A stretch of 64,000 bases of DNA, from positions 3,348,001 through 3,412,000 of the forward strand of contig NW_025963779.1 in the NCBI RefSeq assembly GCF_023055435.1. The letters are read 5' to 3'. The translations under genes were made by a program, and so were the position numbers. Positions 1 through 12,795 of the stretch are shown here, in pieces. Source of the stretch: Haliotis rufescens (Eukaryota). The notes below the pieces were generated by a model that did no database searches, was not told the DNA's origin, and saw only the letters and a program-made list of their open reading frames with translations. Each line of letters begins with the position of its first letter. The stretch's first letter is position 1.

Positions 1-193
1 TGCTTGAAACGACGTTTCACTTCCGTATAATATAACATTATAAGCTGGCGGGCGAAGTAAAGTATCCACTTGGAAATTAGATTTGACCAAACAATTACTA
101 CGTTATCGAAAAGTTTCAAGGGTGAAAACAGCCTAAACACTGCAAACTTTAGGTCCCTTTACGCCAAATGGAATCTGTTTCGCGGATAATCAT

Positions 194-534
194 ATCTTCT
201 CGACGCAAGGGAGTTAACTGACTATAAAAGTCCAGTTTCCACCCTTGCCCAACTAGGCTGAAATGAGGGAGTTATATTTTGGCTGGACTTACGAGTCGAT
301 GCATAGTCCAATCAAAATCGCGGAACGAAATTGACATTCGGTTCATAAACAACATGGCAAATCCAAATAATGTGAGAGGTGGAATCTGATTGGTCAGTAG
401 GAGGGACATAGAAGGGGCACAACCCGTAATCGCCACTAGTGGCGCTACAATCGAGCCCAGAAATTGCAGCATAGTTCGACAAGGGTAGATACTGGGCTTT
501 TACAGCCAGTTAACGCCCTTTCCCCAGGAAGATG
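194..534. mobile_element. MITE-like non-autonomous DNA transposon with about 50-bp TIRs
   Basis: Left end ATCTTC..GCAAGGGAGTTAACTGACTATAAAAGTCCAGTTTCCACCCTT is the imperfect reverse complement of the right end; inverted second copy at 43188-43661. Confidence 0.75.
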
Positions 535-980
535 GATAATCAAGACTGGTTATTCCCTTTCATTGACGTTCTATATTTACAATTAATAAGTTTTTATCCA
601 TAAAGGTGGCATGTCTTTATGTTCTTGTAACTTCTCAGTGCCTATCAAAGACACAATGACCATGCTTATGTGTGGCTTGTGTGTGTAGCGTATTTTTTAA
701 ACCTTCATCTCAATGACAGCAGGGGTCTATCAGGGTTAAACAACACCTGATATTAATTGCGTTTTGGGTCTTGCCTTTCTGTTCTCCAGGACACAATCCT
801 CGCTCGTCTGTCCGTCATGTTTCCAAATTAAAAAAAAAAATGCTCAACTTTCTTCTGGCAGTTTGTAAAGGGCACATGGTCATGTTTTTCATGATTTGTT
901 CTTGTTCCCATGGAAACAAGATGGAATACTTATGAATGCATGTAATTTCCAGAGCTTAATGAAGTAATGTTAAAGTATCA

Positions 981-1112
981 GTGAGTGAGTTTTGTCAGTA
1001 TTCCAGTAATACCTCTGCTGGGAACACTACAAGCATTCAACACAGTGTACCCAGGTGGGGACCTGAACACGGGATTCCTACGTGGCGGGCGAACGCTTTA
1101 CCCACTAGCCCT
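981..1112 (-). mobile_element. Degraded tRNA-derived SINE (family 1)
   Basis: Colinear similarity to 18171-18341. Confidence 0.6.
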
Positions 1113-1170
1113 CGTCCACAACACCCAAACCCCTGCCCTCCCCGTGTGTAATATGTTGTTGGTGTTGCAG

Positions 1171-1200
1171 GTGACTATGAAGGCTCCGGCGAAAGTGTGA
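1171..1200 (+). CDS. Possible terminal coding exon (VTMKAPAKV*) of a gene starting upstream of the window
   Basis: Acceptor tgttggtgttgcag, stop at 1198-1200, AATAAA at 1295-1300; phase and product unknown. Confidence 0.25.
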   Translation: MTMKAPAKV

Positions 1201-1599
1201 GACGTCACGGACAAGGTGACATCATGGCGTCCTTCCCCTGTGTGTCTCTTGCACATATCAACGTTACAACATCGTGTATTCTCATGCTGAAAGCAATAAA
1301 TCTACAGAAAACCACAGCTCTTGGTACTATTCTTCCAAACAGTAACGACATGCTTTTGAAGTATAAGTGTAAGCTTTTACAATATACATAACTGTATTTG
1401 CTTAGCAGTGTATAACCCCCAATCAAACGATAACACTGTTTACATAACGAGTCCTAGGTCAGGATGACCCAGGGAGTCTAACGGGGTTTGGCAGGTCAGC
1501 GAGGGTCAAGTGTGTACCGCGACGACAGTAAACAGTCTACTACACTTAATGCAGGTATATATCCCAGGTCTATTAATGTGATCTCCCAGCTCCATGTGC

Positions 1600-1804
1600 C
1601 TGCACAGAGAGAGGCTTGCATAGCCTTGCTCCAGCGTTGTACTGAAATATAAATCCATGGATGTGTAGTCATTCTATCCTCCTAATAGGCAAGTCTAGAT
1701 ATGTGGACAGTAATGTGTCTTATTGGGACAACTTGTTCTTATTATTTACATAATCTATAAATTATGATTGAACTAATAATTATTGCCTCAGGGCTTGTGC
1801 AAGT
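1600..1804. repeat. Unclassified interspersed repeat; inverted copy at 17593-17809
   Basis: Shared blocks TAGCCTTGCT, GATGTGTAGT, AAGTCTAGAT.TGTGGAC, GGGACAACTTGTTCTTATTATTTACATA, AATAATTATTGCCT. Confidence 0.75.
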
Positions 1805-2489
1805 CTAAGTCTATCTATCTATCTTACTCACGGTCGATGATCCACCGCTCTGTTGTATCTTGTCCACTGAACGCTGTTCACGTGTTGACCTATGTGTGTT
1901 TCTGTGAATCTACTTACATCTACTTGGTGCGCCATTGTTCTAACTTTGTACAAAAGAGACATACGTAGAGCTGAATTTCCGAGTAACTCTCCATGCCTTT
2001 AAAATAATAGAGAAGAGGCCGTCTTTGTAGTCTGTATTTATACTGCGTTAGTCTCCCTTGCTTGAGACACCATACCTTCATGTGTCGCCGTAGCAATTAC
2101 ACGTCCTCAAATCAAACGACACGTTTTCCGACAAAATTCAAAATTACGTGTCAAAATATTTGAAAATAGTTCTGTACATTCCAAGTGCAAATTAATTGTA
2201 ATGTTGATTCAAGATAATGCACAATTGACACACAACTATCCATTCCGGAAAAATAAAGGAGTGTTAAATGTTTTAAATGACGTTAAGACATAAAACGTGG
2301 CTAAGAGAATTTTGATGCATTCCTTGGCAGTATGCCAGAAAGGTCACAGCAGAGCACACCAGGAATGTGGTACAGATATTGTTATCATGTGGGGAAACGA
2401 ACCCGGGTCTTCAGGTTTAAAATTCGAGATAAGAATAGGTCCCCAGCAGCACATGTTTGTCGTGGAGGCGACTTTATGTATTGGATGGC

Positions 2490-2622
2490 CAGCTCGTTGA
2501 CTTGGTTGATTGCGTCTCTGCACCTCCGCAATGGGGGACGTTGCTCGTAAAATAAATCACTGGTTTGTCTGGTCGAAGTTTGAATATTTACAGGCCGACA
2601 TCATACAGCTGGACTTTTGCGA
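2490..2622 (+). mobile_element. Degraded SINE family 2 fragment
   Basis: GCTCGTTGACTTGGTTGA...ATCACTGGTTTGTCTGGTC...TTTACAG..CAGCTGG matches the reverse complement of family 2. Confidence 0.55.
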
Positions 2623-2852
2623 AGTTACACGTGAAGCCTGTTTGCAAACATGATCTTAAACTGAGTGTAGTATTATGTCCCATTGCCTTACTTCCACAAA
2701 CTGACGATGGCCACCACAGACACGCTTGATACAATGACCCCTAGCTATTTCCTCCTTAAGTAAGTGAAGATAGTTTTACGCCGCTTTCATGTTAGTAAGG
2801 TAACGGCATCGAGAAACCAGAGGACATTGTATAGCTGCGATGGAAATCACCC

Positions 2853-2953
2853 GGCCCCACTTGCACAAAGCGATCTTAGCGCTGAGATGATCGTAACTTT
2901 AACACAGGCTTACGATAGTCTCAGCTCTAAGATCGCTAAGTACAAGTAGGCCC
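2853..2953. mobile_element. Hairpin MITE of about 100 bp (TIR GGCCC..TTGCACAAAGCGATCTTAGCGCT)
   Basis: Self-complementary ends; other copies at 36602-36819, 41078-41151 and 29269-29318. Confidence 0.7.
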
Positions 2954-3675
2954 TGGTATACGTGCGACGAGGAAAGCTTCAACTGCGAAGCTTCAACTCA
3001 GTTTTTCTTGAAGAATCAGTGCGCTCAACAGTCATTGATAAAAATCGCAACCCGACTGAACCCGCAGCCAAAGAGCTGTAGTCATACGCCTGGTGGAAAT
3101 ATGCGAAAAACCAATTTGTAAAGAATGTGATTATATCTGTAATGGCGAGAATATTCATTTATTTCATATTAATGTGTCAGTGTTTGAGGAATGATGACTT
3201 AACATGCCTAAAATGTCATAAATATGGTAATGAGGTGCCTATGCATTCAGATGTTCGCGTATTTTCTTTTCATCCTAACACAGTCTCGACAATAATCACG
3301 CCATGTTGAACAACACTTTAGTTGAAGCACTATTCTCCTCGTATATGGGAGGTTACTCCAGGTTGTCGATTAGCAGGGTGATCAAAGAACATGTGCCATC
3401 GTGGGTTGGTTGTACTGTCTGTCTGCAACACAAGACAAACATTTGTTTGCTGTGTAAGGTCGAGCTAAGACGAGGTTTCTGACACCTATAACACACTATG
3501 TTTCAGAACACGTCCAGTTTCCTAAACTTTTTGTAAAACCAGAGGACCAATTCATGTCAGTATTTTTGGGGATAGATTAAAAAAACCCATTCCGGAACCC
3601 CACTTAGGACGAATCTGGGTACTGGTTAAGTTGCACGGTTAAGTTGCACGGTTAAGTTGCACGGGTAAGTTGCAT

Positions 3676-3934
3676 AGTTTTGTTGTTTAACGCCGCACAC
3701 AGCAATATGCCAGCTATATGACGACCGTCTGTAAATAATCGAGTCTGGGCCAGATAATCCAGTAATTGACATCATGAGCGTCGATCCACGCAATAGGGGT
3801 ACGATAACATGCATCAACCAAGTCAGCAAGCCTGACCACCCGATCCCGTTAGTCGCCTCTTACGACAAGCATAGTCACCTTTTACGGCAAACATGGATTG
3901 CTGAAGACCTATTCCACCCCGGATCTGCACGGGT
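3676..3934 (-). mobile_element. SINE-like retroposon family 2 (non-tRNA structured head), preceded by 4 x 13-bp GGTTAAGTTGCAC repeats
   Basis: Colinear with 25148-25410 and 49055-49245. Confidence 0.85.
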
Positions 3935-6361
3935 GCCTGTATATGCAATGTTCAGACAAAGAATACATACATTGACTATACAAGCATATCATACACACAG
4001 CTGAACACAATGACTACACACGCGTACCGTACACAACTGACCTAAGCCTCAACCCACACTGTCGCCAGTTACGCTGACTCGGATACCCCGAGTTCTCGGC
4101 CAGCAGCAGTGGGTGGGAGTGTACTGGGTATTTGATCTGTACACCAGGAGGGAGACACAATCCCACCATTGAATGCTGCACTTTTTCTGATTGACTTGAA
4201 AGGCTTCAGACACTTGATATTGGCTTGTGCACCATCCGGTAGCGAGGCCGTGTATTTGATTGCATCGTGATCCTCCTGTTGGGAATGTTGTGAATAATTT
4301 ATTGCGTTAGCAGTCCAGGGTTTAAAAATGCCATCGCATAGGACATGATGTGGTTGATGAGTTTATAGAGTGTATTAAGTGTGTCTACGAACAATTGTGT
4401 GAAACCTGGCTAACTTTATCAAGACAGACATTAACGCCCAAACTGTATATACTCGCATTTATGTCCTCATTCGGCCATTTTAAGGTGTAGCGTTGTTTGT
4501 GAAATAAAACGCCTGTATAATGCAGTGGTGCTAGTAGGATTTGTTTACATAATGCAACCAACTTGAGATCAAGAATACATTCTACGAAACACCCACGAAA
4601 ATAGATTATACATGAAATAAGCAATCAGATATTAGAAGTGATCTGCAGGCGCGACAGATTGGTTTGCATTTATTGAGGACAGAGCCCAGGTCCTGCCCCC
4701 ACTCACCGACCCCCCACCCTCCCCCGACCCCCACCCGCCTTCCCATTGCTGTAAGTAAAACGCTTGGAAACCGTGGGTAGCTTATGTCTTAACGACTGGA
4801 ATCGATTATTTACAACCCATTTTTAACCAAGCTGGACTATTGCTGACCGCGCCGTAAAACGACATTCACTCCGGCCAGCATACCTATTGCAAGTAGTTGC
4901 TTCCCAACACGTAGCATGCCATGATAGGACAGGGAGCTTGACCGCCACACATAGCCAGCACTTCATAGCAGAATTCATCATGTCACACGTCAACCTTGGT
5001 ATCAGTATCGCTTAGTTTATGTCTACACGTTCATCCCCACCTCAACATTTCAAGTCTTGGTAGGAAACAAACACATTATCTTCAACTTTTGCCAATCCTT
5101 GAATGCATAACCTACCCAGCTGACCAAATAGTTCAACACGTTTCCTTAAACATATTTCAAACGGGCCCCTCGTCGTCCCCTCGTCTGCACAATGACGGTG
5201 TAGTCAGTCTCCGTCACGGCTGACACCAGGTGAAGCTTGGCAACGCCTTGTTGTATAAGTAGACGCCCGAGGCCATCAAACATGCAATATGGAGATACAA
5301 CCGCAGATACGACCCTCGTCATACAAATACATAGAAACTTAAATCAACCCTGGCTTAATTTACTCTAAACAGTCTACGTCCACAATTGAAAAATCTACAT
5401 TTCAAAAGCACAATAAAACCACATAACTTAGGCAATAAATTGCCCAAAGAATATTAATAATATACTTGCCTAACTCTCAGCCGTATAGAGAAAGCGCCTG
5501 AGAAAATATATTTCCCTGTCAAGCGGTATCGTTCTTTGTTCGTGCTATGTAATGATATTCCCGGCATTTGGATTGCTCTCCTGTCATAATAGCATACCTT
5601 AAATACTCGCTACGCCTGTGTGCATCTTCAGGGTATAGAAAAAGTCATCCGCATGGAGTTTTCGAGGACCGTTTTATCCTGTACATTGTGATAAATAGGT
5701 TTCACATGTTACAAATTCTTTGCTCGCCCTATTCCTAACTTCAAGAATGTGAACCCTTCACTGAAGCACACGGCCCCCTTTTCCTGTCCCTTGGGTGTCG
5801 ATGTGACAAATTTATTTTGTTGTACCCGGGTAGGTTCTATAGAAGGGTATAATTTGGCTCCTGTGTAGTGGCATCTTTGTGCTTAATGTGTTCCGCTTGA
5901 CTGACAACACGCAGCTTGTGTGAACATTTACAGAGGATCAGAGTTTATGGTCAAAACATAATCTGGTCATCAACTCAACAACAAGGAAAATTGTTCAATT
6001 TTGTGGTGGATGACTTTAAAGGGAATTGAAGTACAGCCCATTTTCGGTTTGTATAGATGTGATGATGGTGAGAATGTTGGTGTGAGGATAACGATGCTAT
6101 AAGATGACTTTGGGAGCCCACATCGGGGCTACGCATGATTGAACTATGTGTACAAATATGCCTGGAAGAAATAGTGTATCACTTTGTAACGCGGCTTCTA
6201 AGAAACTAATTTAGATTTGTAACTATCAATAGAGGCATTTCTTCGGCAGTGTCATAATACGCCAAGAACATTCTTGCATTGGTAGCAATAGGACGAGGCA
6301 ATGATAGTCACGCGTTTGTATGTCAACAGTCGTCAAAACAGATGAAATAAGTAAAGCTGTG

Positions 6362-9056
6362 TAGAGTTCTAGCTTAGTCTATCACAGAACACCAGGACAC
6401 ACATAGAGGTGGTTCTAGCTAAGTCTATCATAGAACACCAGGACGTGCATAGAGGCGGTTCTAGCTTAGTCTATCACAGAACATTAGGACGCGCATAAAG
6501 GTGGTTCTAGCTTAGTCTATCATAGAACACCAGGACGCGCATGGAGGTGGTTCTAGCTTAGTTTATCATAGAACACATGGAAACTCAGTGCTGGTTCCAG
6601 CTTAGTCTATCATAGACCACCAGGACACGCATAGATGTGGTTCCACCTTAGGCTATCATAGAACACCAGGACACGCATAGAGGTGGTTCCACCTAAGTCT
6701 TCATAGAACACCAGGACACGCATAGGGGTGGTTCCACCTTAGGCTATCATAGAACACCAGGACACGCATAGAGGTGGTTCCACCTAAGTCTTCATAGAAC
6801 ACCAGGACACGCATAGGGGTGGTTCCACCTAAATCTTCATAGAACACCAGGACACGCATGGAGGTGGTTCCACCTAAGTCTTCATAGAACACCAGGAAAC
6901 GCATAGATGCGGTTCCACCTAAGTCTTCATAGAACACCAGGACACGCATGGAGGTGGTTCTAGCTTAGTCTATCATAGAACACCAGGACACGCATAGAGG
7001 TGGTTCTAGCTTAGTCTATCATAGAACACCAGGACACGCATAGAGGTGGTTCTAGCTTAGTCTTCATAGAACACCAGGAGACGCACAGAGGTGGTTCTAG
7101 CTAAGTCTTCATAGAACACCAGGATGTGCATAGAGGTGGTTCCAGCTTAGTCTATCACAGAACACCAGGACACGCATAGGGGTGGTTCCACCTAAGTCTT
7201 CATAGAACACCAGGATGTGCATAGAGGTGGTTCTAGCTTAGTCTATCACAGAACATCAGAACACGCATAGAGGTGGTTCTAGCTTAGTCTATCACAGAAC
7301 ACCAGAACACGCATAGAGGTGGTTCTAGCTTAGTCTATCACAGAACACCAGGACACGCATAGAGGTGGTTCTAGCTTAGTCTTCATAGAACACCAGGACA
7401 CGCATAGAGGTGGTTCTAGCTAAGTCTATCATAGAACACCAGGACACGCATAGGGGTGGTCCTAGCTTAGTCTATCATATAACACCAGAACACGCATAGA
7501 GGTGGTTCTAGCTTAGTCTATCATAGAACACCAGGACACGCATAGATGTGGTTCCACCTAAGTCTATTATAGAACACCAGGACACGCATAGAGGTGGTTC
7601 TAGCTTAGTCTATCATAGAACACCAGGACACGCATAGAGGTGGTTCCACCTAAGTCTTCATAGAACACCAGGACACGCATAGATGTGGTTCTAGCCTAGT
7701 CTATCATAGAACATCAGGACACGCATAGAGGTGGTTCTAGCTTAGTCTATCACAGAACACCAGAACACGCATAGAGGTGGTTCCACCTAAGTCTTCATAG
7801 AACACCAGGACACGCATAGAGATGGTTCTAGCTTAGTCTATCATAGAACAACAGCACAAGCATAGATGTGGTTCCACCTAAGTCTTCATAGAACACCAGG
7901 ACACGCATGGAGGTGGTTCCACCTAAGTCTTCATAGAACACCAGGACACGCATAGATATGGTTCTAGCTTAGTCTATCATAGAACAACAGCACAAGCATA
8001 GATGTGGTTCCACCTAAGTCTTCATAGAACACCAGGACACGCATAGAGGTGGTTCCACCTAAGTCTTCATAGAACAACAGGACGTGCATGGAGGTGGTTC
8101 TAGCTTAGTCTATCATAGAACACCAGGACACGCATAGAGGTGGTTCCACCTAAGTCTTCATAGAACACCAGGACACGCATAGATGTGGTTCTAGCTTAGT
8201 CTATCACAGAACATCAGGACGCGCATAGAGGTGGTTCTAGCTTAGTCTATCACAGAACACCAGAAAACGCATAGAGGTGGTTCTAGCTTAGTCTTCATAG
8301 AACACCAGGACACGCATAGGGGTGGTTCTAGCTTAGTCTATCATATAACACCAGAACACGCATAGAGGTGGTTCTAGCTTAGTCTATCATATAACACCAG
8401 AACAAGCATAGAGGTGGTTCTAGCTTAGTCTATCATAGAACACCAGGAAACGCATAGAGGTGGTTCCACCTTAGGCTACCATAGAACACCAGGACACGCA
8501 TAGGGGTGGTTCTAGCTTAGTCTATCATATAACACCAGAACACGCATAGAGGTGGTTCCACCTAAGTCTTCATAGAACACCAGGACACGCATAGAGGTGG
8601 TTCCACCTTAGGCTACCATAGAACACCAGGACACGCATAGAGGTGGTTCTAGCTTAGTCTATCATATAACACCAGAACACGCATAGGTTGGTTCTAGCTT
8701 AGTCTATCACAGAACACCAGGACACGCATAGAGGTGGTTCTAGCTTAGTCTTCATAGAACACCAGGACACGCATAGAGGTGGTTCTAGCTTAGTCTATTA
8801 TAGAACACCAGGACACGCGTAGAGTTGGTTCTAGCTTAGTCTATTATATAACACCAGAACACGCATAGAGGTGGTTCTAGCTTAGTCTATCACAGAACAC
8901 CAGGACACGCATAGAGGTGGTTCTAGCTTAGTCTATTATAGAACACCAGGACACGCATAGAGGTGGTTCTAGCTTAGTCTATCACAGAACACCAGAACAC
9001 ACATAGATGTGGTTCTAGCTTAGTCTATCATATAACACCAGGACACGCATAGATGT
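6362..9056. repeat. 45/46-bp tandem satellite, about 59 units (CATAGAGGTGGTTCTAGCTTAGTCTATCATAGAACACCAGGACACG)
   Basis: Directly visible, with three interspersed unit variants. Confidence 0.97.
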
Positions 9057-9167
9057 TGTTGAGTCTTTTGTACATAGCAGGACACACACAGATCTATGCA
9101 TCTGCTTTGCACATATATTTTGCCTTTCACGCTCAATGAAATTTGTTTTGTTGGATAATCGAGACAC

Positions 9168-9936
9168 GGTTAGGGTTGGAGTAAGGATTAGGGTTGGAGT
9201 AACGGTTAACGTTAGGGTTAGAGTAAGGGTTAGGGTTAGGGTTGGACTAAGGATTAGGGTTAGAGTAAGGGTTAGGTTTAGAGTAAGGGTTAGGGTTAGG
9301 GTAGAAGTAAGGTTTAACGTTAGGGTTAGAGTAAGGGTTAGGTTTAGAGTAAGGGTTAGGGCGAGGGTTAGAGTAAGGGTTAGGGTTAGGGTTAGAGTGA
9401 GGGTTAGGGTTAGAGTGAGGGTTATAGGGTTAGAGTAAGGGTTAGGGTTTGAGTAAGGATAAGGGTTAAAGTGAGGGTTAGGGTAAGGGTTGTAATAAGG
9501 TTTAACGTTAGGGTTAGAGTAAGGGTTAGGTTTAGAGTAAGGGTTAGGGTGAGGGTTGGAGTAAGGGTTAGGGTTAGGGTTAGGGTAAGGGTTAGGGTGA
9601 GGGTTGGAGTAAGGGTTAGGGTTGGGGTTAGGGTTAGGGTAAGGGTTAGGGTTGGAGTAAGGGTTAGGGTTAGAGTAAGGGTAAGGGCTAGGGTTGGAGT
9701 AAGGGTTAGGTTAAGGCCGGGTAGGGCAGGGTAGGATTGGGTATGTTAGGGTTAGGGTTAGGGTTAGGGTTAGGGTTAGGGTTAGAGTAAGGGTTAGGGT
9801 TAGGGTTAGAGTAAGGGTAAGGGCTATGGTTGGAGTAAGGGTTAGGTTAAGGCCGGGTAGGGCAGGGTAGGATCGGGTATGGATAGGATCAGGGTAAAGG
9901 TTAGGCTGGGATTAGGCTAGGGTTAGGATTGGGTAG
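9168..9936 (+). repeat. Degenerate interstitial telomere-like (TTAGGG)n tract
   Basis: TTAGGG mixed with TTAGAG, TAAGGG, TGAGGG and TTGGAG hexamers. Confidence 0.93.
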
Positions 9937-11746
9937 CCTAGCAGTCATGCTGTACCTTGTGTCAGTTTGTATAAATAAATGGGCACTACAGCGATCCCAA
10001 ATGTTCAGCCAGTGTCGTGTAGAAACAAATCAGGTAGTCATGCTCGCAATCTGGATTGTTATGAAAAAAGATCAACACAAAATGAAGCATCAAACTTAAA
10101 GAAATCAACACTCAATCGTCAATACTCCACGGGTTATATACACTACATTCCTCCAGCGAGGAGAGACGATGTATTTGTAGCAGACATTTTTGTGACAATA
10201 TCATCGCCACTGCTTCTAGAGAATTGCATTTGAAGACTATCAGACATTAACATTAACATCTGACTGTGAATCACCCTGTAATACAGAGTAACAACAACAG
10301 TGACTACACTGGTTTATTGCAAATAAAATAAATTGCTCGTACGGGTTTAACTCTTTGTGGTCAGCTTCTTTGAGACCAACCAAATTATGATGAATATTAA
10401 TATTAATACACTGGTATTGGTATTTGTATTAATAACGTGGGTGGTGATTATGTTCGGGTGTGAATACAACTGAAGTACAGACATAGACTTACTAAGAAAG
10501 GGTTAGAATTTATTGACGGTGACATAATCGTAATTGAAACCTTCCTCACAAACTCACTAACTCCACTCCTTAAAAAGATTTACTTTTTGCAATCAGTTCA
10601 TGTAATTCTATTCTGAAGTTGAAGGCAATAAAAGACGCAGTTTAACTAAAAATAGCTTCTGGTGTCACATTGAATTATTTTGGATGTAAAAAATGTTTGG
10701 TACGGTTTTAATCCAAGACGCATATCTTGGATGAATTTGTTACATGAGTAGGGTTTTAAAGTCTGAAAATATTTACTTATAATCAAATAGTTTTAAGGTA
10801 AGATCTTGGCTCTTTGGTGTATTTTAAAGTTTTAATTCAGGTCATAATGATTGTTTTCCGACAGTGTATGGGCTTTTAGGTTCAAGAACCATTCCTTTGG
10901 GAACCGTCACATTCCTGGCATATGTTCCCTGGAAAATAGTGTTTTTTATGTTTATTGGTGTCACTTAGTACGTATATATCGTTTTACATATATAGATATA
11001 AACCCTGGATATTAAACACAAGGGGGTGGTGTTGGCTGTCACGGTTACTGAATAGCCTATATCAAAATACAGTGTTTGCGACATCACGGAAAGGAGTCGC
11101 ACAGCTGGCGATCGTTCCGTACCTCCAAATAACGACATCTCTGCACGAACATCAGGGTGACACATTTTCCGGCATGTGTGTTTGAGCTGTGTGAGAGGGG
11201 GTGGGGGCGTGGAGGCGGAGAGGGGGGAATACGTAAGGGAGGTTTACACAGCTGGTTTAGACAGAAAATATTTGGAATGTTATCATCTGGCGTATATAAA
11301 GCCAAATATAACTTTTAATAGATTTTTCTGCCCTATTTCCTCATATATCAGGAAATACTTGTTGAATGGCGCAGTGGGGATCGTTCATACATTAAGTACA
11401 TGTATTCAGTCTAGATTAGAGTTTGAGTATGAGCGACATAGACGGGCACAGATGTTTACAGAATGTGTTGTCTTGGATGTGAAACAGTCGGTTGGTGATT
11501 GGCCTGATCAAACCGTCACATTATGCATGTCAGTATCTTCTCATTTGCCCTCGGTAGTCATGATGCTAGAACTTCAGCATTTGAAACGTTTTTCGCCCCG
11601 ACACAAGCTCTAAGGCACAGTAGAAATAAACCACACTACCTTGGTGTTCCGCTGATATGAACATCAACTCATACATCACTTATCTTTTCCGCCAGCCATT
11701 CTGGGCCATTAGAAAACCATTAAAATATATCACTCTGAATAAATGC

Positions 11747-11986
11747 GAGAGTTTGGTTTAACACCGCTTTCAATAGTATTTCACGGTATATCAACTTAAT
11801 GTGGGAGGAAAGCCCGAAGTGAGGCAGGTCTTAGATGTCTACCTCTTCGATGAAACCCATGATTTCGGGTATGGTGCTGACAAACGAAGAAACATAAGCA
11901 GGGCGAATCTCGAATTCGAACCTATCATGAAAGGTTTGTGGAACGCCTTTATGCCGCAAGCCTACTCTCACCGACTGGGCCACACG
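11747..11986 (-). mobile_element. SINE family 3 copy
   Basis: Colinear with 16809-17084; B-box-like GGTTCGAATTC on the minus strand. Confidence 0.75.
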
Positions 11987-12151
11987 NNNNNNNNNNNNNN
12001 NNNNNNNNNNNNNNNNNNNNNNNNNNNNNNNNNNNNNNNNNNNNNNNNNNNNNNNNNNNNNNNNNNNNNNNNNNNNNNNNNNNNNNNNNNNNNNNNNNNN
12101 NNNNNNNNNNNNNNNNNNNNNNNNNNNNNNNNNNNNNNNNNNNNNNNNNNN
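11987..12151. other. Assembly gap
   Basis: N run. Confidence 1.
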
Positions 12152-12232
12152 GCAGTGACCTTCTAGCAGTCACCGTGATCCCACCCCGTGGGCGGGCGAG
12201 CGAGCGAGCGAGCGAGGGGGGTGAGTGAGTGA

Positions 12233-12795
12233 GTGACCCTTCCATGGACAATATGCAGTGACCTTCTAGCAGTCACCGTGATCCCACCCCGTATCATTAC
12301 AGACCCACTCCCAAATCTGTCATGTTCGCATGACGTTCGTTAGGACGCCTCCAGACACGTCCACGCCTATGCAGAAAGCACAGGGTAAATCTGAACTCAT
12401 CTGAAAACTTGACGCGAGACCAACAGCGATTTCACCAGTTTATACACGCTAAACACCACTGACTAGATGTCTAGAATGTGTCTAATTTTTAGCAGTGGTT
12501 CAGCATGTGGTCGCCGAGCATGCAGATGGTTGCCAATCGTCTGGTCAGTAACTTGAACTCCGGTGGCCTGACACAAGGGAACAGCGATTCGATTGGCTGT
12601 TTGGGCTCGACTTCTTAACTCCTGGTTTCTGAACCGCGGACCTGTGTTGTTGACCTTTGGCGCCATGTGCGGGGCTGATCATTAACATTTTGTGTCTGCA
12701 GAAACCTGTTCAAGAGTCTGCCAATCACAGACTGAGACACATATTGGCTACCTCTCGCCGAGTTCTACCAGTTTAAAGCATGCCAATAGCTCTTA
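12233..12795 (-). pseudogene. Decayed Tc1-family transposase (HTH plus first half of the DDE domain)
   Basis: Minus-strand fragments RAIGML*TG..VSQSVIGRLLNRF..NDQPR, TANRIA..ATGVQVTDQTIGN..HARRP, WSRVKFSDEFRF..RVWRRPNER, DRFGSGSVMI.GGI, with stops and frameshifts. Confidence 0.85.

Noticed and set aside
4042-4275. Minus-strand exon-like segment with two frames open for about 70 codons
   Set aside because: No recognisable domain, and all frames stop before the donor
6362-9056. CRISPR-like array (palindromic repeated units; also 29799-30752 and others)
   Set aside because: Units are head-to-tail with no unique spacers, no cas genes are present, and the context is eukaryotic
9136-9734. Arg-Val dipeptide ORFs
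   Set aside because: Translation of the TTAGGG-like tract; no evidence of a gene
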